Source of the DNA: Vicugna vicugna | Lineage: Eukaryota | Length of the DNA stretch: 62,000 nucleotides | Direction: 5' to 3' | Assembly: GCA_013265495.1 (NCBI GenBank) | Contig: MU058781.1 | Span: 5,147,050 to 5,209,049 of the forward strand | Shown: one piece after another, positions 39,008 to 50,500 of the stretch | Numbering within the stretch: position 1 is the stretch's first letter | Layout of the letters: every line of letters starts with the position of its first letter | Program-made: the position numbers and the translations under genes | Notes under the pieces: generated by a model | Told to the model about the DNA's origin: nothing | Database searches by the model: none | The model's input: the letters and a program-made list of their open reading frames with translations, nothing else

Positions 39008-39960
39008 AATAAACATTCTATACTTTGTCACGTTAAAATACATTGGTCATCTTGTAGTCTGAATGGATTTCACCCACACATAACTTTGTAACATCATGCA
39101 TTAGTCACCTGTAGAATACTGGTTCAGTGGGTCATGCAGATCTTCCAAATGTCTTACACATTTTATTATACAATATATTAATAAAATATATTCATCAATA
39201 TTTCCACCAATTTCATCAGAAAAGTCTATAAATACTGGGAAGCTGTCAAGCTCACAGTGGCAGATACATGCTTTCCAAAAACTCAGAATTTTGCTGGAAA
39301 GCACAAATTTTATCATTGGCAACAAATACTTTCAGTTGTTTTCCTTGAAGTGACAGGCTCACTGGTTCCTTTCTCAGAAAATGTCTGCCAAATACCCAAG
39401 TCTGAATAATCCTAATTTGTCTGTCAGTCGTTCTTTCAAATAAAAATGGTGTTCTGTGAAAAAAACAAAAACAACGGCTAACTCAGCTGGCAGCTCAAAC
39501 ACAGGTACTTTTTCTCTTGACAACACTTGTTACTTTGTTTGCAGCTGAAGAGCTTTAGTTGTAGTCTCAGTTCATCATGTAGAATATTAAAAACTTGTGT
39601 ATTCAAAGTTGAGATTTAATAAAATCAGTATTTTTTTTACTGCCTCATCAAGACATCGTTATGTGCAACTGCACCGCCCCCCTCCTCTTTTGGCGAGTGT
39701 GCAGTGGTGAGGAATTCAGTGACTGGTGTGAGACAGTGAAACTTGGTGCTGCTGCCTTGGTTTGTGTTAGGGGGCCAGGAGTTTTACTCATCATTCCTTT
39801 TGTACTATTGTCACCAATGTCAACACTGTGGAAAAAGCAATTAACATCCTAGTATTAGTATGAAAAAAAGAGTTTTGACCTTGTGGACCACCCCTAAAGG
39901 AAATTTAAGGAACTCCCCTGTCCCCGGGGTTCCATGGGCCACACTTTAAGAACCACTGCT
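39008..39960 (-). mobile_element. Charlie1 hAT DNA transposon, right fragment with transposase remnant and terminus
   Basis: ORF 39101-39325 FWKACICHCELDSFPVFIDFSDEIGG...HLEDLH resembles Charlie/Buster transposase; ends ccacactttaagaaccactg. Confidence 0.8.
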
Positions 39961-40859
39961 TTAAGGGCACAAAAGGGCATTTAATACCACCTAGAAGGAT
40001 GCCGGGAGGCTTTGCTGAGGGTGAGGCCCGCGCTGACGCCCCATGGATATGTGTGTAAGAAGCGGCCGGCTGTCCAAAGGGAACAGAAGGAGCAGAGGCA
40101 CAAGGTGTGAGCAGCAGGTCTCCTTTCCTCAGTTTTGGTCAAACAAAAAGTACAACGAGGGCAGGGGCCAGAGCTAAGATGGCAAGAGATACAGAGGGTC
40201 TCACATGCAAGAAAGGAGCTGAAACCATCCTTCACTTGACAGAGCTCTTGGAGGTTTCAAAGCACAGTTAGGGTTGTCTGCTAGCTCCAGCACTCTGGCA
40301 GCAATATGGTGAATGGATCTGGGAGGTTTACACTGGAGAGAGGGAGCTCACTTAAGGACCTGTGCCTTGACAAGGTAAAAGATGATTTAATAGAACAGAT
40401 GGTCAACTAATTAAACACTCAACCCCCTACCTCCTCATTAATTCAGTCAGAACATTCTAACTAGTGCATGTGCTCAGGGGACACAACTCGGTATTACCTC
40501 TAATTCATGGATGCAGACTTAGACAATAAAAAAAGCAAAGCAGCCTCACAGGTCAGACTTCATGTTTCTATTACCTGTGCCCTTTCAGACCCCAGAATGG
40601 AATTTCCTACCCTCTTTGCTCAGTTTAATCACTTCCTATAATAATCAGGGAATGGAGAGCAAAAAGCAGGGGAAGAAGTGGATTTACAAGCTATGTTTAA
40701 ATGTTTCTCGCATGAGCATAATTGGGCTGATAATACAGAGATCCGAGGTCACAGAATCAATCTTTTTGCTTTCATTATGATGTGCGTGTTCCGTGTGTAT
40801 GCACTTGCACACACGTGTGCTCATGTCCATATAAGAATTTGCACATTTTAACACTGTAC

Positions 40860-41445
40860 TCCACTGCTACCCCAAATCCAAATCTCTAGGAGCTCTTCTT
40901 GATTTGTCCATAACTCCTCGCTAGTCTTATCTCTAGCCTTAACCCACTACAATCCATTTTATACACAACACTCACAGTGGTCTTTTAAAAATATAAATCA
41001 GATCGTATTATTTGCCTGCTTACAATCTTCCAATGACTTCCTGTTCCACATAAGAAAAAATTCAAAATACTCATGTTGTTCCTCAAAGCCCTACTGACCT
41101 GACTTCTGCCTGCCTCTCTGACCACTTCTCTCATCACAAATTATCTTCCTCACCAAAGTCTCATCACCTTGGCTTTGGGGTGCTTCCATCTCAGGCCCTC
41201 TGCACTAGCTGTTGCCTCTGCAAGGGACGTGATTCCCCCTGAAGCTTTACATGTCCTTTAGGTCCTAACAGATCACAGGAAGCTCCCTTCCTGATCACCC
41301 AACCTAAAGTAGCCTCTCTGTCACTCCCATCACTTCACTGTGTTTTATTTTCATCATAGTCTTTATTTAGCTATGGTAGCGCCTGGAACACTGTCTGCCA
41401 CACAGGAGGTTCTCAATAAGTAATTGTGGAATAAATGGATAAATC
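40860..41445 (+). mobile_element. LINE-2 3' fragment
   Basis: aaatcagatc, ctcaggccctctgcactagctgtt, tctcaataagtaattgtggaataaatg. Confidence 0.7.
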
Positions 41446-42339
41446 AGTTATAGGTTAACTTTTCATGTTTGCTTTTTATGATTCTCATAAAGTTGTAATA
41501 CAAATGATCTAATATTGATGATCAGTTTAGAGACACCTTTCGAATGTCACGTTTTGTTGTTTTTGCTTTGGTCAGGGTTTTAACCCTTCTAAAAACATTC
41601 AGTGGAAATTCAAAATTACTTAGAAAAGAGATGGCTTTTTCTTAACCAGCTAGAGGTATTAGTCACAGTTGTAAAATAAGATAATTTACCAGTATATTTA
41701 TGGAATAATGCCAATGTTTCCCTCTTTAGAGAAAGAGGAAAAGAATAAAATATAAAAACTTAACAATCTGGAGGACACAAATACATAAACAAATTATTAC
41801 AAAATGTAACAAATGCTGTCATCAAGATACAAAGCACCACGGGAACACAGCGGCAGGCACTGCTTTCTGTGCCTGAGGAAGACAGGGAGAACTTCAGAGA
41901 GGAGGTGGCAGCTTATATGGGTCATGAAGGATGGGGAATTTTCTAGGTATGAAAGAGGGAGAAAGGCACTTCAGGTACATGGAACAGCACAGAGAAAGCC
42001 ACAAATGTGTAGAAGAACATGCTCTGGGGAAATAAGTATTATGTATAAAACATCTTTTTTCCTTCCAATGAGCCACAAATTGAGGGTTTGCGTTCTAAGG
42101 AGAACCTCCCCATCAGTGCTATTCCTTTAACTGTTTTGTAACTATTTAGAAAGCAGTGGACTCGTTTTTCTCCTAAGGAAGTCTTTTGTGGGACCCCCAA
42201 TGTAGACCAGAGTAAAAAGCCTCACTGGGTGAAACGGCCTATGGGTCTCTGCAGCGGCTCCTGGCTTCTTGGGCCCTCCCTGTGCAGACTAACGGCCCAC
42301 GTCAGGACACCGGAGCTTTAAGGACAATGATTCAGAAGC

Positions 42340-42791
42340 TACTGCCTTTCACTCTCTTCAAGGAAACTGGGCGGGAGCCGTGTGGCTGTGAAAGTGCGAC
42401 GCTCGGGTCTCCTGCTGCAGGGAGCACAGTGACAGATGGGAATCCCCAGGCCCGTGCATGAATCCCCGCTCTCAGTGGGCTGCTCCTGGCCAGCGACTGA
42501 ATGTGACACAGGGTTGCTTATGGACGCCTGTTCCTGCAAGATGGGGGACTCCTCTGATGGGCAACTTCAGTGGAGACTTTTCATCAATCTGGCTGACACA
42601 CTCTTCAAACTGTGGGGCGATGTGAGACTGTCCATCCAGCCCCCCTTGCTACTGCCCTCTCATCCTTCCCAGCTTCCCCCCACCTCCTTCAGCTCCCTCC
42701 CTGTTCCCCTCATTGGCATTTCCCTTGATAAACTTCTTGCATGTCTAATCTTGTCTTGGCACCTGCTTCTAGAAGGACCCAAACTAACACA
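42340..42791 (+). mobile_element. ERVL-type solo LTR (LTR16C-like)
   Basis: ggactcctctgatgggcaactt, cttgcatgtctaatcttgtcttggcacctgcttct...ggacccaaactaacaca terminus. Confidence 0.65.
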
Positions 42792-43774
42792 GGCGTTTGG
42801 AAGTGAAACAAGAGACGCGCATTCTCCCTAGAATCGCCGTGTTTCCAGATAAGCTGATGTAAGAGCTCCGAAGTACACCAATCCTGGCTTGATGCCAGTG
42901 AAACCCAACAGAGACGGGGAGAGGTTTGGGAAAGGAACTCCGAGGCACTCCATTGTATTCTTAAAGCCTGCAAATTAATCATGACTAAATTCCAAAATCT
43001 AAATATGGGCAGACCGAAACACGTGAATAGATATTTAAGCAGCCAAAGTAGAACTGAAGATTAGTTAATGGAGGCTGTTTTTACACCCACACAACCTGGC
43101 AGATCATTGCTGAACAGTTTTTGTGGCAAAAAAATACTACAGAAATATGGTTCTTTGAAAACATCTTCTGTCCCTGTATAAATGACATAGGATCCGGAGG
43201 CATTTCTGCAAATAATATGTTTTCCTATGCCAGTGTATAAATAGCTCGAGAGTACAGAGATAAAAAGAAAGTTGCCAAGGGTGTTGCTACATTGATGAGA
43301 GAGGCAGCCGATTTGGAGTCGTTACTGCTATTTGCTGCTAGTCCTGAAATTTAAAGACTGAGTACATTGCTGTTCCCACTCCACCAGATAACAGGGCAGA
43401 TGCTGCCACATCTGACTGCACAGAAAAGGCCAGAATGGGCCTTCCCAATTTACCTGCCCTTTTGGTGAGATTTACTTAGTGGGCAAGTATTTTCCTTCTA
43501 CTGGAAAAAACTGTCTTTCTAAATGACGACCAAATCCAGGTCTCCCCAGCTTTTAATGCCACCATGTCCATGCGATCCTCTTGTGTTGGGCCAAAGGTAC
43601 TTCCATTTTCCCTTTTTACCTTCTGGCAAAACTTATAAAGTGGGAGAAAAATCTGCAGAAAATGTAAAAATCCAAGATGCCCTAACATACCTTGGATATT
43701 TGTACCATTAAGTATCCTGATCCACTGTCAGGCCCACAGCTGCCCTTGCTATCAGTTTGGGCTTTGCCATCCCT

Positions 43775-44200
43775 TCATTTATACTTTAATTCATATACTA
43801 AACCTTTCTTGATGGCTTACTATGTACAGGTACAGGGGACAGCAATGAACATGACTGGCAAGGTCCCTGCTCTCTGTAAGTACAGGCTCTTGTTGGGCAG
43901 GTGGTTCACACATAACACGAGGGATGTATGAGTGATCAGTGACTAAGAGAGTGGTCAGGGATGACCTCTCTGAGAAGCCAGCACGGAGAAGACTATGGGG
44001 AACAGGGAACATCAAGTGCAGATACTTAGGTGGGAATGAACCAGGCCTATTAAAGGGAGAGGAAGAAGGCCGAGGGGCAGATCAGAGTGAGCACAGGAAC
44101 GTGCTGGGAGATGAAAACCCGGGCCCACTCTTCAGGGCCTTAAGGCCCAGCACAGTTAGGAGTCTGGGCTGCTCTACGTGCAAGGGGAGTTCATTGGAGC
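43775..44200 (-). mobile_element. LINE-2 fragment
   Basis: tactatgtacagg, gacagcaatgaaca, aaggtccctgctctc, gtggtcagggatgacctctctgag. Confidence 0.65.
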
Positions 44201-44789
44201 TGTCGGGGTTTCAGTTTTCATTTATTTTTGTTTGTTTTCAGACACTGATACTTTAAATGTTGGGTGTTTTTGTCAAGGATCTGAGCACATTCATTTTTAT
44301 AATCAAAAACTGTCTTATTTGTTAGATCTCTTCCCTCCTTGTAGAATATGAAGCTTTGCATCCTCAGAGCCCAGTACACTGCCTAGCATATGAAGATATT
44401 CTGTAAGTGTCGACTATATAAAAAAGCGAATGAGTACAGGGAAAGGCAAGGGTGTGGTAAAATTCCCTGTGAAATACTAGTAGTTAATAGGTGAGCACTG
44501 GATGGACCCAAAGGGAGGAAAGCAGCCAAGTCGGCTCTTGTGTTATGACAAATCCCCGGTGAAGAGAAGAGGTGGCTTGGTTATTGACACTAATGGGGGG
44601 ACTTCAAAATGTTGTAATTCAACATGAGACCCAGGAAACAGGCACGGTTCTGAAAGTGTTCCAGTGACGTCCAGGACGTGTGCTGTATCTGTCTTCTGCT
44701 GGATGTGATCTTGTCTCCCTACTGGAGAAGAAGGGAAAGAGGTCTGCACATTCCTCTTTCTTCTGATTTATTAAAAGGTGAAGTGAACA

Positions 44790-45235
44790 TCTGTCATCCC
44801 TTTTGGCTGTTCAGTATCTGAAACCCTTTCCCATGTTTGGATTTTCCTGTCTTGTGTCAGTGAAAGACAGAACATATCTTCCACTATACCAGAGTCAGGT
44901 ATGAGTCATAGCACCCCCTTACGAGATGAAGTCAGGAAGTCGGGGGAACCTAAGAAACTCTCCATTGTCTCTCAGGGTCAAAGGTGGCAGAAGGGTCGAG
45001 TTCTGGGGTAGCACTGCCAGAGGGGCTAGTAACACCCGTGGCCCAGTTAGCCTACTGACTAAACAAGCTGTCACATCCCCCCTCAGGAGTACACTTCCTG
45101 ACGGCCTTGCCACAGACCTGACCCTTCAGCCTCCTAGAGATTCTGTGAGCCGCCCAACAGTCTTCAGTAAGCCAATTATCAGTCAAACAGAGCTGAATTC
45201 TAGTCTTTGCAACTAAGAACTGTGAATGACTCAGA
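44790..45235 (+). mobile_element. Probable ancient ERVL/MaLR-class LTR, possibly with adjoining internal sequence to ~45520
   Basis: tgtcatcccttttggctgttcagtatctgaaaccctttcc start; tctttgcaactaagaact end motif; family uncertain. Confidence 0.4.
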
Positions 45236-45524
45236 GAAACACAGGATGTACATAGAAATATGGTAGTGTTAGCTGGCTTGGTTGAAATTGAAGCCAATGA
45301 AAATCCAGCTGGTGTTAAGGGTTCTTGTCTTCAGCTGGTGACGTGGTTAAGGAAATCATCACCTGTGTGCACCTAAACTTGAACTGTCATGGAAGGAAAG
45401 CTTCTGGGAACTGAGAAATCAATGCTGCTGAGTATGAAGGTCACAAGGAACTTAAGAACTGTGGGGTGAGTTGGCTTTTTTGAATGATAACTAATAGCTT
45501 AAATACAAAGAAAGACAAGCTTGT

Positions 45525-47045
45525 ATTTCCAAATTCTATCAGCATTTTTGCAAGCAATAGGTGTTATAATAATTGAAAATATTTTCCATTCTGTTCGGTG
45601 TAAAATGACATCTTATCATTACTTTAATTTGCATTTTCTCAATAGTTGGTGAGTCTGATCTTTCCGTATGTTGCTGACTATTTGAATCTGCCCTCTAAGA
45701 TGAATGGTCTCTTTGTATCCATCCTTTTGCCTAGTTTTTCTTGTTGTTGATTCCTTTCTTCCAATTTGAAAGATTTTTGTGTAGTATAATTAACTCCCAT
45801 ATGTTCTCTGCACTGCAAGTAGTTTCCCAAGCTTATTATTTGCTGTTGACTTAGTTTTTTAGCTATAAAATAGTTTTAAATTTATACATAATAAAATGTC
45901 TAAGGGGGAGGGTATAGCTCAAGTGGTAGAGTGCATGCTTAGCATGCAAGAGGTCCTGGGTTCAATCCCCAGTATCTCCTCTAAACATAAGTAAACAAAT
46001 AAACCTAATTAGCTCCCCCTCAAAAAAATTTTTAAATGTCTATTTTTTGGTGTGTGTGCCAGTTTTTCCGGTCTCATCTACACGTTGTCTCTAAGATTTT
46101 CTTGCGGAATTTTTTTTCTACATTTAAGTCTTTTAGAAAAAAAAAAAGTCTTTTAGCCATCTGAATTTATTCCTATATACTGTATAAGACAACAGTCCAA
46201 TTTTATTTTGTTTCCGTTGGATAACTATTTATACCACTATTTATTAAATAATTCACTCTTTCCTATTTAAATGAAATGTCATCTTTATCATATATTAGAT
46301 TCTCACATAGATGTAATTGGGTTTAAATTATGAATTTGCATTGTTGTATTTTGACTTGTCTATTCTATGCCAGTAACACATTTATTTTATTAGAGCAGAT
46401 AATCTTGTGCTTTTGTAAGTAATGAAGCTTGTCCTTCCCCCTGCCCCCTTCAGAAATGTCATTTTTCATACTTTTCTTGGTTATTCTTGGATACTTACCT
46501 ATTGGTATAAACTCTAAGATTATTTATGTAATTCTTCTATCCTCTCTTCCTTTTGCAAAGAACTCCTGTTGGCATTAAAATTAGAATTTTATTAAATTTA
46601 TACATTAATTTAGAAGAATTGAGATTCTTATTATACTAAAAATTTTTCCATCCAAAGTTATGGTCTACCTTTCCATTTGTGCATATCTTACCTTATACTC
46701 AAGATTTTTATAATTTCCTATACTCTGCTTTTTAAAATTTATTCTTCAGCATTTTATAGTTATTATTTCTATTGTGAATGGGATAATTTCTTTCATATCC
46801 ATTTTTAGGCTTATTTCTATTATAAAGGTTTTTGTTTTTGTTTGTAGATCTATCTTTTATCCAGTCACTTTACCTAGATCTCCCATTAACTTTAATCATT
46901 TTTCTGTAACAGGTTCTCTAGGATTATTTCATTTTCTAATCTTATTTCAATTGCTAAAATTTCCAAGACAATATTAAGTAAAAATTTCAATGGTGATGTA
47001 ACAGTCTAGTTTCTGACTTAAGTGGAAATAGTTATTTATTTTTTC
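45525..47045 (-). mobile_element. Ancient LINE-1 (L1ME-type) fragment hosting a vic-1 SINE
   Basis: ctttaatttgcatttt, ccatctgaatttatt, attgtgaatgggat antisense L1 motifs. Confidence 0.6.
45904..46033 (+). mobile_element. tRNA-Ala-derived SINE (camelid vic-1 type)
   Basis: GGGGGAGGGTATAGCTCAAGTGGTAGAGTGCATGCTTAGCATGCAAGAGGTCCTGGGTTCAATCCCCAG with A and B boxes; tail aaataaacctaatta; TSD AAATGTCTA at 45894-45902 and 46034-46042. Confidence 0.92.
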
Positions 47046-47347
47046 TTAGTCTTCATTATATTAGGGATATCTTATGATATTGCCAGAGACAGAAGGCTTC
47101 TACTTTGTTGGTCATTTCATGCAGCTTAGCCTGCTATGAGTAGGGTAATTTCTATTCTATTCTTCCTCACATGTTTATACGCTAGACATTTTACATATTC
47201 CTCACAATACTGTAAGACAGATATATTATTACCCCCAACCACCTATTTGATAAGTGAGAAAGTAAATTCTTAGAGAAGGTGATTAACATATCTGAAGTCA
47301 CACAGATTGCAAGAGATAGAGCTAGGATTCAAAAATTTCAAAATACA

Positions 47348-47972
47348 TAGAACTACTCTATGATCCAGCAAGTCCATTCCTGGCTATACATCTGGGAAAA
47401 AAACAAAAACACTAATTTGAAAAGATACATACACTCTAGTGTTCACAGCAGCACTATTTACAATAGTCAGGATATGGAAACAACCCAAATACCCATCAAC
47501 AGACAAATGGATACAGAAAATGTGGTATACATATATAATGGAATATTACTTAGCCATAAAATAATGAAATGCTCCCATTTGCAGTAACGTGGATAGATGT
47601 AGAGAGTAGTATGCTTACTGAAATAAGTCAGATAGAGAAATACAAACATTGTATGATACCACTTATAATGTGGAATCTAAAAAATTATGCAAATGAGTGT
47701 ATATGCAAAACAGAAACCCACAGATACAGAAAACAAACTAGTAGTAACTAAAGAGGAGGGAAAAGGGAGAGGGGCAAATTCGGGGTATGGGATTAAGAGA
47801 TACAAACTACTATGTATAAAATAGATAAGCAACAAGGATATATTGTATAGCATAGGGAATTATAGCCATTATCTTGTAATAAATTTAAATAGAGTATAAT
47901 CTATAAATATACCGAATCACTATGCTGTACACCTGAAATTAGTACAATATTGTAAACTATACTTCAATAAAA
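47348..47972 (+). mobile_element. 5'-truncated LINE-1 3' end with 17-bp TSD, inserted in a MIR-containing region
   Basis: atgatccagcaa, gcagcactatttacaatag, ctatacttcaataaaaaa; TSD AAAAATTTCAAAATACA at 47331-47347 and 47973-47989. Confidence 0.9.
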
Positions 47973-49789
47973 AAAAATTTCAAAATACAGAGAAGTTGGA
48001 AGGAATTAGAGAATGAATATCTGTATACTCAAAGTCTGCCTAACTCTTAAGTTTTTTATCTCTCTATTACCCAACCAGAAGTTACTAGATTTACTAGCAT
48101 AGGAATTTAGCCAGGCAAAACTAAAATTGGAAAATAACTGTGATTCTAGACTATTGGACAAAAATCTCATTTTCAAAGTTTGTCATCTTTACTCAAATGA
48201 AAGGAGCATCTCTTCGAAGTTTCCCAAACTTCCAGTGTTTTTCAGGTTTCCTTTGGGCCAGTAAATTTGGTCAGAATAACACATAAGTGAAGTTTTTACG
48301 TGTTACTGGTATTAGGGCTTCTGCCCCTTTGTGCCTCCAAGATGGTCATCTTGGAATTGGGTATCGTGTTGAAAGGTGCTGTGATACAGGATGAAGCTCT
48401 GCTGTTGACTCTGGGAGTCTCCCTTCCTCCTGCAGAGCTGAGTGAGAGCCAGCACTGGGACAGTCAAGTTCAGGAGACAGCTGTCATTCCGTGAAGGGGG
48501 GAGAGAGACACACACACATGATAGAGGTGTCTCTGATCTGTTCTATCCATCTCTGGGACTAAGCATTTGTCAAATCCACAAAATCACCGAACTTCAAAGG
48601 TAGAAGGGATTGTAGAGATGATGCAAATAAACTTCCTCATTTTGCCCCTGAGGAAACAGAGACCCAACAGAGCTTCCAAGTCATGTAGTTGGCCAAGGGC
48701 ACAGCTCCGAATCCATCAGGCTTTGGAATTCCCATCTGTTCAGTCAGGCACTGTTATTACCTTAAAGTGCGCTCCATACTGCCAGGCACTATTCAAGAGG
48801 CCGGAATTGAATTAGTTCAATCTCTGCCCTCAAGAGTCTTACAATTCAGTGAAAATTACGATAGATACATTTATTGAATAACTTGTGTGCTCTACAGGCA
48901 TTATTTCTAGTCTGCTCAGCATTTTAAGTTAAGTGTGATTACAGGTGCAGACAGATTAGCAGGTACAAAGGTTAATGTGCCCAAAGCCATATTACTGGTA
49001 GGGCTGGGATTTGAACTCATGTCTGACTCCTACACTTGTTCTGCTGTATAACACTGCCTCCTTAATATTAGCAACTGTGTAGTAAAACCGTTTGTATTAT
49101 TCCTCTACTATGCTGACTCTCAGGTATCTGTATGGTTTCTAGAGATTAAGAAGTTACTACTCTGGTACAATTATGACAGGAGAGGAGACCAGGGAAAAGG
49201 TAGAGTTAAATAACGAAGATGGAACCAACTTTCCAAAAAGGATTTAAAACAGCTGAGAGGAGCAATACACAGCATGTTATAAGATGAAACACATACTTAA
49301 ATAATGAAAGACAATCAACAAAGCAACAATAAAGGCATAAAGGGGGAGCCAGAAGTAAGGGGTCAAAAAACTGAGCTATATTTTCACAAAATAGTTCCAA
49401 GAATAAGTATGCTGATCTAGCCCTACTTTTAGGTTGCTGGTTAACACTAGAAAACAGCAGTAGCATAGAGACAGTATAATAAGATATTAGAGTTTCATTC
49501 TCTCTACTCAATGGCTTTTAAACGATTCAACTGAAGTAGACCTCCACGTTATACAGACAGGCTCATCTCAGTACCATAATTAGACACCGTCTTAAACCAT
49601 GAGATAAATTTGACACCAGTACAGTGGAATGCAGCTTTGAGGGCAGCATCTCTCCAAGGCAAGGCTCAGGTTTCACAATGTACACTTGTAAGGCATTATC
49701 TGAGTTAACTACAGTGAGAACAGCAGCATTTTCGCTGGGCAGCAAAGGAGCAGGAGTGGCTGAAGGAGGGATGTTCCAGGCAAGGAAAA

Positions 49790-49985
49790 GAATGGTAGAG
49801 TAGAGGGTCTGGAGTCAGGCAGACTGGAGTTTAAGATTCATTTTGGCCTTGTGATCTTGTCAAGTTATTTCACATCTCTTGAGTATATTTCCTTATGCAC
49901 AAAATGCTAATAATGGATAATGTCTACTTCATGGAATTTTTGTGAGGGTTAAACAAAATAATAGAAATGAAATGCCCAGCAATTT
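49790..49985 (+). mobile_element. MIR SINE
   Basis: ctggagtcaggcagactgg...tgtgatcttgtcaagttattt...tgtgagggttaaa. Confidence 0.65.
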
Positions 49986-50195
49986 AATTCCACTGACACC
50001 GTTGTTAATGGAGTAAAAACTACAGATCTCCCTCCTTCACAATTAGCTTATTCCTAGTCCAGTTTCACCTCAGGGTTATCTCAGCAGAGTCTAGTTAGAA
50101 TTACTGTTAGTCGTAACAGACTATCATCTGACGACGACAAAGATGACAAAGTCCGTGATGATGTACTTTCCTTTGTCCAAATAACAACAGCACTC

Positions 50196-50500
50196 TGTGT
50201 CACGGATCGGGTTCCCCGAGCTCAGTGTGTGGGTCAGTGTCTGTGGAAGGAAGCGGCTGGGGGCTGAGGGAGAGGCTGACCGTACTGCAGGCCTCACAGC
50301 AGCCTCAGCCCACTGGGAGTCCTGGAGCGTGAATGGCCCTTCAGAATCATCCCAAGCTGGGCTGAGATGGCCTGGCTTCACACTCCCGCGTCAATCAGTC
50401 AAGGCATGTATGAAGGAGAGTGATCTTAGTCAAGGGGTTCTTCACAGCTGAGGAAACCCTGCTTCCTTCGTGGACGGGGGTCTGGGCAGGGCACCATCGT
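50196..50500 (-). mobile_element. ERVL-type solo LTR (LTR16A-like)
   Basis: tgtgtcacggatcgggttcccc, ggcccttcagaatcatccca, cagctgagg, gggggtctgggcagggcacc motifs. Confidence 0.55.

Noticed and set aside
39101..39325. Transposase-like ORF as a domesticated ZBED/Buster gene
   Set aside because: It is a short remnant in a fragmented Charlie1 interrupted by L1, with no long open frame
45904..45978. Apparent tRNA-Ala(AGC) gene
   Set aside because: Mismatched acceptor and anticodon stems, a SINE tail, a TSD and a second diverged copy at ~34.5 kb indicate a SINE
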